A stretch of DNA of 64,000 nucleotides from Hypanus sabinus (Eukaryota), in the NCBI RefSeq assembly GCF_030144855.1, contig NC_082718.1, forward strand, positions 106,206,001 to 106,270,000. The letters are read 5' to 3'. Position 1 is the stretch's first letter. Each line of letters opens with the position of its first letter. The notes under the pieces were generated by a model. It worked only from the letters and a program-made list of their open reading frames with translations, was not told the DNA's origin and did no database searches. Shown here piece by piece: positions 52,570 through 64,000 of this stretch. The position numbers and the translations under genes were made by a program.

Positions 52570-55256
52570 GTATATCATATAGGCATCATATTCTTGCTGA
52601 ATGTATATTCCAAGATTTTTTCTAAAATACTGGCGACCAGATTGGAGAATGTATTGCCTTAAATTATTTCTATCGATCAGACTGGATTTATTAAAAATCA
52701 TTATTCGTCCTTTAATATTAGGAGACTAATGAATATTGTTTATACTCCTCCATCTAGAACTCCAGAATGTGTCATTTCACTGGATGCTGAGAAAGCGTTT
52801 GACAGAGTTGAATGGGCATATTTATTTAGTACGCTTGAGAAATTTAATTTTAGCCTGAAATTTATATCTTGGATTAAACTGATATACCATACCCCTTTGG
52901 CTTCAGTTCTTACCAATAATCAAAGATCTCCCTTTTTTCAGTTATTTCGAGGCACCAGGCAGGGCTGTCCTCTTAGCCCATTATTATTTGATATTGCCTT
53001 GGAACCCTCAGCTATTGCTATTCAAGACTCAACTAATATACTTGGTATTACCCGTGAGAATGAGATACATAAGTTATCACTATATGCAGATGATTTGTTA
53101 CTGTATATCTCTAATCCTGAGAAATCCATTCCTGCAGTAGTATCCCTGCTTGCTGAGTTTAGTAATTTTTCTGGTGACAAACTGAATCTTAATAAAATTT
53201 ACCCATTTGATTTTGTCATTTAAAAATAAAATTGGATAGGTGTATGGACAGGAAAGGAATGGAGGGTTATGGGCTGAGTGCACGTAGGTGGGACTAGGTG
53301 AGAGTAAGAGTTCAGCATGGGCCAAGATGGCCTGTTTCCGTGCTGTAATTGTTATATGGTTAATAAGAGTGAACTCTTCCTATTAAATATGCAGGTTCCA
53401 ATTTATAGACATTCACCATTCAGATTGGTTACGGACTATTTTACTTACCTGGGTGTTAAAATTACTAAGAAACATAAGGATTTATTTAAGGTCAATTTTT
53501 TACCTTTAGTTGATCAGGTTAAACAAATGCTTACTAAATGGTCCCCATTGTCTCTATCTCTGTTTGGTCGAATCAATGCTATTAAAATGATTATTCTACC
53601 TAAATTTTTATATCCATTTCAAACAGTACCAATTTTTATTCCTAAATCTTTTTTTAATACTGTTGACTCTAAGATTTCTTCATATATATGGCAAAATAAA
53701 AATCCTAGGTTAAGAAAAAAATACTTATAGAAGTCTAAAAAGGATGGTGGTTTAGCATTACCAAATTTAAGATTTTATTATTGGGCAATTAATATCCGAT
53801 ATTTAATATTTTTGACACAGGATTTGGATATAACTCCAAGCCCGCAATGGGTAAACCTTGAATGTAAATCTGTACAAGGGTTTTCATTGGTTTCTATTTT
53901 AGGGACTTCACTTCCCTTTGTTCTTTGTAAACTGAATAAACAAATAGCTAATCCAGTAATTAAATATACACTACGAATATGGTTTCAGTTTTGTAAATAT
54001 TTTGGTTTGAATAAATTTATCCTATCAAGCCCTATTATATCTAATTTTTTTTCCAACCCTCTGTTATGGATCAAGCCTTTTTGATATGGAAAATGAAGGG
54101 CATAATATGCTTTCGTGACTTATTTTTGGATAATTGTTTCATGTCTTTTGAACAGTTGTCTAATAAATATAATTTGCCCAGATCCTTTTTTTTAGATACG
54201 TACAAATTAGAAACTTTCTGAATACTACATTATCTACTTTTCTGACTTCATATCCAACTGATATCATGGAAAAAGTTTTAGGTTTAAACTCTTATTAGAA
54301 GGGTTTAATAACTACTATCTATGATATGATTATGAAAATACAGCCAGGTATATCTGATAAAATTAAAAATGAATGGGAAAGGGAACTTCAACTTGTATTA
54401 CCGATAGAGAATTGGAAGAAAATTCTTCAATTGGTTAACTCTTCCTCTATATGTGCGAGACATGCATTAATACAATTTAAGGTGGTGTCTAAAGATAAAC
54501 TAGCTTGTTTTTACTCTCATATAAATCCTGTCTGTGATAGATGTCATTCTGAGGCAGCTGGTTTGACCCACATGTTCTGGTCTTGTCTGCTTTTGAAAAA
54601 ATATTGGAAAGATATTTTTGATACTATCTCAACAGTTTTGCGTATTGATTTACAACCTCATCCTATTACCGCAAGTTTTGGCTTACCAATGATGGAACAT
54701 AGTTATTTATCCTCCTCAGCTCATCAGATGATTGCTTTTGCTACATTAATAGCTAGAAGATCTATTCTGTTAAATCGGAAAGAGATTAACCCTCCTACTA
54801 TTCTTCAATGATTTTCCCAAACTATGTCATGTTTAAGTTTAGAAAAAATCAGAAGTGTCACTTCTGACCCTTTGGTTAAATTTGAAGAAACTTGGAGATC
54901 ATTTATTCAACACTTCCATATGATGTAATTTGACCTTTCTGAATTCCTTTTATCAACCTTAAATGTATGGATAGAGAAGTGGAACTAATGACATTAATGA
55001 TTCTATCCGATGTAATATAATAGCCCAGCTTTGTTTAGTTTAGTATACTTTTTTTTTTCTTTTTTCAATTTGGTGTTTTTTTGATATTTTTTCACTTTTT
55101 TTATCATGTTTAATTACATTATGAGTTTGAGAAGCTTAGTATACTTATGTTATTTCTAGTTTATATTTGCATATGTAATTATCAATTATGTAATCCCATT
55201 CTCTTTGCACTATTACTGTTATGTATATGAATTTGAATATTAATAAAAAGGTTGAA
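52570..55256 (+). mobile_element. 5'-truncated L1-clade LINE (ORF2 RT and C-terminus)
   Basis: SLDAEKAFDRV, GTRQGCPLSPLLF, LYADD, CDRC..HMFWSC; AATAAA tail; perfect 19-bp TSD AAAGAAATACAATAGAATT at 52551-52569 and 55257-55275. Confidence 0.95.
53196..53359 (+). mobile_element. Short CR1 3'-end insertion inside the L1 RT
   Basis: CR1-like tail GGCCTGTTTCCGTGCTGTAATTGTTATATGG; TSD TTAATAA at 53189-53195 and 53360-53366. Confidence 0.75.
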
Positions 55257-55342
55257 AAAGAAATACAATAGAATTTATGAAAAGCTAGACACAAAGACTG
55301 GCAAACAATCAATGTGCAAAAGAAGACAAATTGTGCAAATAA

Positions 55343-55368
<26 letters not shown>
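55343..55368 (+). repeat. (GATA)n microsatellite
   Basis: ATAGATAGATAG run. Confidence 0.9.
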
Positions 55369-55373
<5 letters not shown>

Positions 55374-55859
55374 CAATGTCACTAAATTTGGCTGTGGCCA
55401 GTGCAGAGCGAGAGACACTGAAGCGGGTTGATAGTTCACAGACTTTAATGTGAACAGAGTTAGGGGGAAAAGAAAACAATAAACACTGGGCCAAACAAGG
55501 CCATTAACTAAAACTCTCAAATGGAAAATGAAGCCAACACTGCTGCTGCAAGGAATAACTAAATGTAAAACAAATACCTCTAGTCTTCAGAGTCAGTTGC
55601 TTGACAGTCCAATTTCTCAGGCGAGGCCGAATGCAAGCAGGCAGCGAAGGGTTGCTGTGCTTTGCTCAAGAACTGACAAGCACTATGACGAAAAGAATGG
55701 AGTTAAATACCATCACCATGAAATAATAATTAGCTGTCACATGCATATTCACGAGCACAACTGCCGTATCTGTTGCGCTGCTGAATGTGTGGTTGTGACA
55801 ACTAAAAACATAAATTGTAGAGTCCTTGCAAGTGAGTCTGTAGGTTGTAGAATTGGTTC

Positions 55860-56500
55860 AGATTTGAAGTGAGTGAAGTTATATGTGAAAATTCAGGAGT
55901 CTGATTGTTGTAGGGTAATAGCTGTTTCTGAACCTGGTGGTGGGACATAAGGCTCCTGTATATCTTACCTGATGGTAGCAACAAGAAGAGTATATCGCCT
56001 AGATAGCAAGTGTCCTTTATGATGGATACTGCTTTCTTGTGGCCGTGTTCCTTGTAAATGTCCTCAAGGGTAGAGAGGACTTTGCCTGAGATATACTGGG
56101 CTGTATTCACCACCAGGAAGACTTTTTTGTTCCTGGACACTCATGTATCCATACCAGACCATGATGCTCTCCACAGTGTATCTATAAAAATTTGTTGAAG
56201 TTTTAGATGACATGCTGAATTTATGCAAACTTCTCAGAAAGTAGAGGCACTGTCATGCCTGCTTTGTGAAGGTGGTCCCAGGAGAGATTTTTTGATATGA
56301 TAACACCAAAAAATTTCCTAAAATGCTGAGTGTGGGTCCTCATGCTCCTGAGAGTCAAAATGGTGAGGGCCCTTAATGATGGTAGCTGCTTTCTTGAGGC
56401 ACCACCTTTTGAAAATGCCCTTCATGGTGTGAAGGTCGTGCACATCATGGGGCTCGATGAGTCAACAAAACTCTGAAAACTCTTTTGATGTGTGCACTGG
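55860..56500 (-). mobile_element. Rex1/L2-like LINE 3' remnants; the L1 above inserted into the 3' UTR of this type of element (about 52470-52550 and 55276 onward)
   Basis: ORF 55802-56140 (NTAQYISG..SIIKDTCY..LLLPSGKIYRSL). Confidence 0.6.
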
Positions 56501-56909
56501 GGCCTCCATACTAGGCAAGTGACCACAGTCACTTATGGCTGGTTTCAGTAAAATTCTCAGTCTTTCCACTTTCTTCTGGCTTTTATCATTGTATGCTCTG
56601 GTTTATGATTTAATATTCTCTTCTGACCTCTCATTAACAATGCAAGATTAATTCTTCATATTGAGACCCTCTTTTTGATTGGAATTAACTTCTGCTGAAT
56701 ATCACGCAATAGATGCTGAAATATCTACCACTGTTCATCTTTTGCACTTTCCTTTTCTGATTTTCCCAGACCATTGTAAACAACTCATTCTTCATATGTA
56801 TATTTGCAATTGAGCTTATATAAGTTAAGGAAACTGATTTTGTAGCTGAGGTATTCTCTCTCAAATTGTCTTTGAAATTCTACCTTATTGTGATTTCTAT
56901 TCCCTAGGG

Positions 56910-56989
56910 AAGGGGTTCCCAACCTGGGGTCCATGGACTCCTTGGTTAATGGTAGGGGTCCATGGCATAAAAAAGGTTGAGAACCCCTG
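56910..56989. mobile_element. 80-bp hAT/Charlie MITE
   Basis: TIRs AGGGGTTCCCAACCT / AGGTTGAGAACCCCTG; 8-bp TSD CCCTAGGG / CCCTAGAG. Confidence 0.85.
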
Positions 56990-59900
56990 CCCTAGAGATA
57001 CCTTAGCTACAAGATCTTTTACTTATCCTACTTCATTACACATGACAATTTAAAATAGCCTGTTCACATCCACCGTAACTACTAGAACCTCCACTACATT
57101 CACTCAGTTTCTCACATTTTTGTTCTCATCCCTTGTCCTCTAGCCCTGAAACATATTAGAGATCTCCTTGCCTTCAGCTTCCATCTCAGCAAAATTTCCA
57201 ATACTTTCCACATATGTTTCCATTACATATGTCTTTTACTCCTCTCTCCTTCCACCATTCTAAGGGGACTGTTTCCCATAGTTATCATTTTTCATCATTC
57301 TCCACTTTCCTTCCCACAGTACCTTCCATGCAATGAGAGGAAGTGCCAGGCCTACCCTTCTATCTCTTCCTTTCTTTTTGTGCAGGTATCCAGATTCTTT
57401 CTGTCTGATTAATGGCCAGGGTATTCTGTATTTGCTCCTCAACAACGGAAAACCACACAGAGTGGGTAATTCCTCCATCTGACACTGACTGTGCCTGGTC
57501 TCATTTATAGTTTCAGTGAAGCTTAACATAACTTTGAGGAACAACTCTTCTTTTTTTTTTAGCTTCATTTTATTGTCAATGTATGCATGTACAATACGAC
57601 TCTGACATTATAGCCTGTTAAATAATGTAAATAATTCTATTTTCTCTAGAATTTCTGATTTTGACATTAATTTTTCCAGATAATTTAAGAGAATTTATAA
57701 TTCCTTCAGATTGACCTTTTTTTGTACTTTTGTACATTAATCCCCCTCTCTCTCTATTTCACCTTACTTATCACTTTGGCCTTCCAAACCATTACCAATC
57801 TATCACCAGACTTTCCCAAGTTTTCTTCTTCCTTTTCTCCATTTTAATACTTCTTTCATCCCTAAATGAATCGTTATCTCTGTTTTTTTCTCACAGATGC
57901 TGCCTGACCCAGTGAGTAGTTACAGCTTTTTTTTTGTTTCATGTTTCCAGCACCTGTAGTATTGAGATTACCAATTTCACAGAGACTGTAGAGGATTTCT
58001 ACTACTTTAAAGAATACATACCCAGTGAAGTTATTAACAGTAACAGATATATTTTACAGAGTTGTTAACATCAGAACCACTCCAGCATTCAACCAGAAAT
58101 GCTCAATATATTTTCCTGACCAAAATTGCAATGTAAAGTCATTTGGTCTTGTTCATTGACTGGTTGTGTGGCTTGGCCATGCACAAATTGGCTGCTGGTT
58201 TTCATACAATTCCGAAGTGGCTACATTTAAAGCATTCTTTGTTGGCTGTTCCATCACTGGCAATATACTTGTACCTAATATGTCAAACAATTATATCTGA
58301 AGAATAATTGTAGCATATGTGATGCTGGGTTGGCTATATGAAACAAAATTTGAGATATAAATCTCCAAACATTTTCAGATGCTAACAGGACAGATCAATG
58401 GCAACAACTTGCACATATAGAACCTTCTGTGTAGTGGAACATCCCAATAGGTTTCACTTCATCAAATAGGACAATTTGAAGAGATAAATTTCAAAAAGTA
58501 TATTTAAAGAGAAATTAGAACTAGAGAGAATTAAGGCATTTCTTAATATCCCTTCATTGGTGGAGGAGAGAAAATTGTAGATGCAGTACAGATTTGAATT
58601 AAGATAGGTTTTGGAGAATTATTGGGCTGGAGAAGGTTAGAGAGGTAGTGAACTGAAGTCTTGTTAGTAATAACTTTGGCACCATCACAAGGCTCAGTTA
58701 TTGAGGCATTACAAATCAGACATAGGAAAATAGGTCAAGGTTTCAGTCTCATAAAACTGGAAAGGCCACCAAACAGTTTAAGGACAAAAATCTCAATGAT
58801 AAAATAAGAAGCTGTCAACTATATGCACATTATAAAACTTCTCATTTCTAAACAACATATCCCCCGTTTCCCCTTTCCCACCCCTCTCCAATCTGTCTTG
58901 TGGTAGAGCCTTATAGGCAAGGGAACATCATTCACTGGGTAAACACAAAGATTAAGACGTTAAAGCCTTCAAAGACTCCCATAAATGTCATCCTTGCAAA
59001 ATAATTGACTTCATTTGTTCAGACATCCAAAGTAACACATACAAACATTAACCAAAAAAATCTTATAATCTAAACAAAAATATAAACTTCCATGACTTAC
59101 TAAATGTGACTGGGAGATTTATTTTCTTTAAGGGTTTGCACATCTCAGTTTGATTAGTTCTAAGCCATCTTATTAGTGCAGTAAAAAAATCTTTTGTATG
59201 TGGTGTTCCCTTGGGTATGTGCCCGATTCCATTTATCAATGGAGTATGCATTTTGTTACCTTTCAAGGCCAAAATGTTCTTCCTTTTCCCAGAAAAGTAC
59301 ATTTTTGGAGAGGGGCATTTATGATAGGTCTTGACTCAAAAACAAAAGGAAATTTGGAAGAACATTTGGTGTATGTGGAATTATGTGTAGAAAGAAAACA
59401 ATCAGATATCTATCATGAGAGTATTATAATCATTTCTAGCAATGTACTATCATTACCACATTAACACCATGCTACTAAGATGCTGTTAGCAGAGGGATTT
59501 GTACTCCAATCCTGTTTTATAGACAACCTTTCTTTTAGTTACCCCTTGTCACTTGAAAGTGCTAACTCATACTAGATATGATTCCACAAGCTCAAGCTTT
59601 GTGAAGATCAGCAGTTTGTTCAGCTTCAGATTGCACCACAGCCAAACCTGAATATGAACTTCTATGCCCATTAACAAGGGCTTTACTATCTGAATTTTGG
59701 AAACATGCACATGATGGAAAAGCAAAATAACTGCAGATGCTGGAAATCTGAAACAGAACATGCAGTAAGTATTCTGCAGGTCAAGTCAATAAGCTTTCAA
59801 TAGATGTGTTAGATTACAATGTCTAATTTTATAGCAACTTGATTTGGTTTCAATTGATTCTGATTGAAGGCCATCAATTTGAAATGAAAAATGAACTTGA

Positions 59901-61159
59901 AACTCCTTTTCTCTCTCCACTCGTGTTAAATGACCTGTTGAACAATTACAATTTTTTTCTGTTTTATTTCAAGACCTCCTAGTGGTCAGTGAAACTGTTA
60001 GAGGCTGCCACAAGAAAGGTAGGCCCTTCACACAATTGTTTCTTTAGAGCTAGGAGAAGTAGGAATGTTCGTCCCATACCTAACACTAAAAGCTTTGGCA
60101 ACTCTCTCCCACTTGCTGGTCCCTGCCTCCTTACCCCATTTTCCAATAGCTACTGCCATTGATGCCATAGCTCAAATTGAGATGCTTTTCAGAAGCTGGC
60201 TGCGAATATCAGTCACTTGAAGATCACCTAACCCACGTAAATAAGGACCCAAATTCAATATCCTATGTTACCCAGCCCTGTTTGCAGGGATGACTGTTTA
60301 GTAATCATGATGGCATACAGTATGTGTGGTAATCACTGTCACTCACCCACCTAACTCCCTCTTTGAATTTTCACAGGGCTGAAGACAGATTGCTTCCACT
60401 CCAGTTCTAAGGAGTGGAAGATGCTATTGCATGTACGTATTCAGATTTGGATTGGAAGATTTAGACTTTATTCTGAATTTACAAACCAATATTACCAGGA
60501 TCATGTTACTGAATTTTTACCTTTAAACTGAGAAGAAAGGGAAAACAGATGATGTTGTAAATGATGAACTTAATGGATGAAATGAAATAATTAAAGTATT
60601 TAGCATTCTACACTATCTAAATTTAATAAGATACACAAAAAATATTTTTGCTTCCCTCCCCCCCCCAATTGGATGTGCCTACTGGGGATTCACAGTAGGA
60701 TACTGAGGTTGAAAAACTACCTCACAAATCTCATTAAGACAGGATACCAGGAAGCATTGCTTACTCATTGCTTTTGGTGAGTTTTCCCACATGCAGTTAA
60801 AAAAAAAACAAGGTTTAAATAACATTTAGGAAAATGCTTCTTGACACAACAACCATGTGATTATTGATTGTTCAGTTCCACCTATGTTCTCATAGCAGAA
60901 TACCTAAACTCTGTTCAAGAGAACATTTTAGAAGCAAATGTGGTTTAAAAACAACAAATCAATTGGCAGTAATTGCAGACACTTTCTGACCTGCATCAGA
61001 AGGTCAGCAGAGGCACAAGCCTTCAACCTTGTAATTTCACTTGGCGTTGATGCAGCTTGTTGTTCACTGCAGGAATTTCCTAGCTTTTGGCAAACTAGGT
61101 CTTTGATCTAGCCCTATTTGAGGAAGATCCCATGTGAACCAATCCCTCCCAGTCCATCC

Positions 61160-61320
61160 AAGCAACACACGCAAAATATGCTGGAGGAACTCAGCAGGCC
61201 GGGCAGCATCTACGGAAAAAAGTTCAGTTAGTGTTTCGGGCCTTGGGCAGGAGTTCCTCCAGCATATTTTGTGTGTGTTGCTTGAATTTCCAGCATCTGC
61301 AGATTTTCTCTTGTTTGTGA
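61160..61320. repeat. Palindromic Penelope-derived repeat, same family as 5950-6130
   Basis: Inverted arms AGCAACACAC..AAAATATGCTGGAGGAACTC / GAGTTCCTCCAGCATATTTTGTGTGTGTTGCT. Confidence 0.8.
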
Positions 61321-62599
61321 TTTGATTGCCAATACTTCCAGTTGGTTATGCTCTGATTGTTCACATTTACAGGGTATAACAGAGCAGAAAATTGCCTTTA
61401 GTAACTAATCTTATTTGGTTCTCCTGATTGTATTTTCAAATTTTTAAGAATACATTTCAAATATACTAAGGTATTTTTAAATTAATTTTAGTAGTTTACA
61501 GGAAAGGTCTTTGAAATACTTAGGCAACTCAGCGAAACTGTATAAAGGACACCTGCTAATAACTCAATACCAGAAACTTGTGATATAATAGAGAACAGAA
61601 AATATATTTGAAAAGGGAATGGGAAGAGAACTAATATTCTAACGATGAATATTGGCTCTAGTTTGAAGAACATATGGAGGCTAATTTTGTATCTCATGTG
61701 ATTACTGGATACTCAAACTGTCTCCTGTCCTTGAGAAAGAAATGAAACCTAAATATAATATGCAATTGTTTTACCAAAATGTGTGCTCTTGGTTCTTTGT
61801 GAGCCATTCATTTAATTTGCACAATATTTAGGCTTTCTATTGTTTTATAATGGAGTGAGCAGGTATAACAAAGTTTTCTGCTTTGTACTAAGATAAGCAA
61901 TATGCATACATTTCCAACTCTGTCTATTGACAATCATTGAGTTGTTTTTCTTGATGTCAGTCTGTGGAAAAGGCACAATTTTGTAAAAGTATTTCAAACA
62001 ACTGTTTCCCATTTGATCAGTATATCTATACTACATAAATCAAGGTCTACAGATGAAGATCATTTTAAAGTGATCATAATCAAGAGACAAATGAGAAATT
62101 AAATTAACTCCTATACTTTTTGCTCTGAAGAGGAGTTTTAATGAGAAAATAGGGTATTTATTTTACTTTAATTTAGTATAGAACTGTAGTTCTTAGAGTT
62201 AAGCAAAATATAGTAGCCTAGTATAAATGGAATTCTAATAGCTTAAAATTAATGGAATTCATTACTTTAATTTATAAATTGGAATTGCTTGAAACAGCTT
62301 AGAAGTAAACTACATTTACACATTTATAGAAAATTTTTTAATTATCATTTATATGCCACTGGGGTTTCTGTAATGCAGGGCCACTAGCTTCCATCAAGAT
62401 TCTGGCATAAGGAACAAGTGGCATGTTACTGGTGAGTTTCTCCTGTAAACGCTGCAGAGAAGTAACAGTGCTGAGTCAGATAATCTGGCACAATATACAT
62501 CATCTCACAGAAGAGAGGGGCAATTTTGACCAAGTTTTAGCGATTGACAATGGACTTACGAAATGGATCAATGTAAGAATCTTTTTATCATAAATTGTT

Positions 62600-64000
62600 A
62601 AATTTAGCATAATTCTGGAAAAGAGAAGGACCAGGAATCCTTCTCCTCATTTGGGATGAGGTTAAATTGATTTAGAAAAGCCTAGTGGTGAGAAAGGCTA
62701 CTTGAAAGTAAACCAATGTCAGACTAAAGAGATAAGCAATGTGATATTTCCCAGAATCAAGGAGAAGTTAATAACGGTTCAGTACAAAAATAATCCCTCT
62801 AAAAAACCTCTCAAATCTAGATCATATCAATACTTCCCATCTCCAAATCTGCTCCCAACCCTAATCCAACATGTCAAAGATAAGGCTAAAAAGAAAAAAG
62901 GAAAGTTATGTTAGATACCGAGAGCTCAATATTCTAGAAAAACAAGACAAGCAGTGATAAGGTAAAATTGAAAAGGAATTGAGAAAGTCAGAGAATATAT
63001 AACAAAGATTTGCAACTGAAATCACAGGTAGTGTTAATATATCTTATGAATGCTTAGGTTAGGAGGTTGACAAAAGGAAATTGAAGGCTTTTAAGAAACT
63101 AAAAGGTAACCTGAGAGGATAGATAGAGACTTGGATAAGTTTATAAATGAAACTTTCATGTCTTTCTTCACAAAAGAAAATAATAATGTAGGCATTCTAA
63201 TTAAGGAATAAAAGTGTGAAAATTGTTCATGGTAGCCATAAAGACAGAGGTTGTGAGATTTAGCTTCCTTAAAAGTAGATAATTTGCCAGGCCAAGATAC
63301 AATAATCCAAGGCTGTTAAGGAAAGCAAAAATTGAAAATAACAAACATTCTGATCATTGTTTCCCAAACCTCTTTGGTTACAAATGTGTTTCCAAAGAAC
63401 TAACAGCTATTAATGTGGGATCACTATTTACAAAACAACAAAGGGTAATATCAGGTTATCATTGTCAGTCAAACATCAGTTATTCAAATTTATTATCAGA
63501 ATAAATTGTAAGGGACAGTATAAATCATTATTTAAATAGACAAATTAATTAAGCATTGTTGGCATGGGTTTGTTGAAGGAAGGTCATTTATGATTGTTAA
63601 TTTTTTTTATGGATTCATAAGGAGCTCAGTGTATCTTCTTAAGACCATCCCCTCTGCTAGGCCATAGGCCATGGACAGCAGCTCATCAGAGTCTTCAGTC
63701 CTGGACCGAAGGTCGATCGGCCCTCTGTCTTCTGCTTTCATATGCCTTCTACGTGAATATCCTTCTCTGCAAGGATGAGGTCTTTGGAGCTTCTGTAGTT
63801 CTGCATTTCAGACTGATAGCCCCATTCCCAACCCTCTTCCTTTTGCAGTCGGACTTGGAAATGTCCATGGCAGAGTTACTGTAGGTCAGTGTATCTGATA
63901 CGACTTAAATAGATTTTGGTGAAATGCTTGGCAAAGTTGCATTTCGTGGTCTAATCAAAAAAGTAAAAAATCCGAGAATAGGGAGAGAAATGGGCAAACT
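62600..64000 (+). mobile_element. Highly decayed CR1 ORF2 remnant, interrupted by an RTE-like fragment at about 63640-63880
   Basis: Residual similarity to the CR1 at 29.4-30.7 kb (AAAGTAGATAATTTGCCAGGCC..CCAAGGCTGTTAAGG; CATGGGTTTGTTGAAGGAAGGTCAT). Confidence 0.5.

Noticed and set aside
46300-64000. Absence of SRSF9 or other neighbouring genes upstream of DYNLL1
   Set aside because: No exons were recognised, but the next gene may simply lie beyond the window; this is not evidence of loss.

Overview
Vertebrate nuclear genomic DNA. The repeat content (V-SINE/HE1-like SINEs, CR1, Penelope-derived palindromes) suggests a cartilaginous fish; that is inference. The window covers the conserved RNF10-COQ5-DYNLL1 block: the first coding exon of RNF10 (minus strand, 6479-6572, rest of the gene off the left edge), a complete 7-exon COQ5 (plus strand, 10769-25872, 322 aa) and a complete dynein light chain LC8 gene at the DYNLL1 position (minus strand, 41077-44291, with a non-coding first exon near 45.9 kb). 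The rest is mostly transposable elements: a BEL/Pao LTR element plus an inverted solo LTR, a near full-length dead CR1, a Tc1 IR/DR transposon, L1/Tx1 copies with TSDs, nested hAT elements, SINEs and Penelope-derived repeats. Most unusual observations: (1) a non-autonomous BEL/Pao element whose polyprotein has lost most of Gag, PR, RT/RNase H and IN through in-frame deletions yet keeps a stop-free ORF of at least 480 codons; (2) a hAT transposon carrying a divergent 28S rRNA 3'-end fragment, inside a four-layer nest in COQ5 intron 5; (3) an intact minimal hammerhead ribozyme core in sense orientation in RNF10 intron 1; (4) a short uORF plus a 59-codon overlapping uORF on RNF10; (5) a DYNLL1-locus protein with DYNLL2-type residues including Tyr41. 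All family assignments are by eye from remembered motifs, not database searches.
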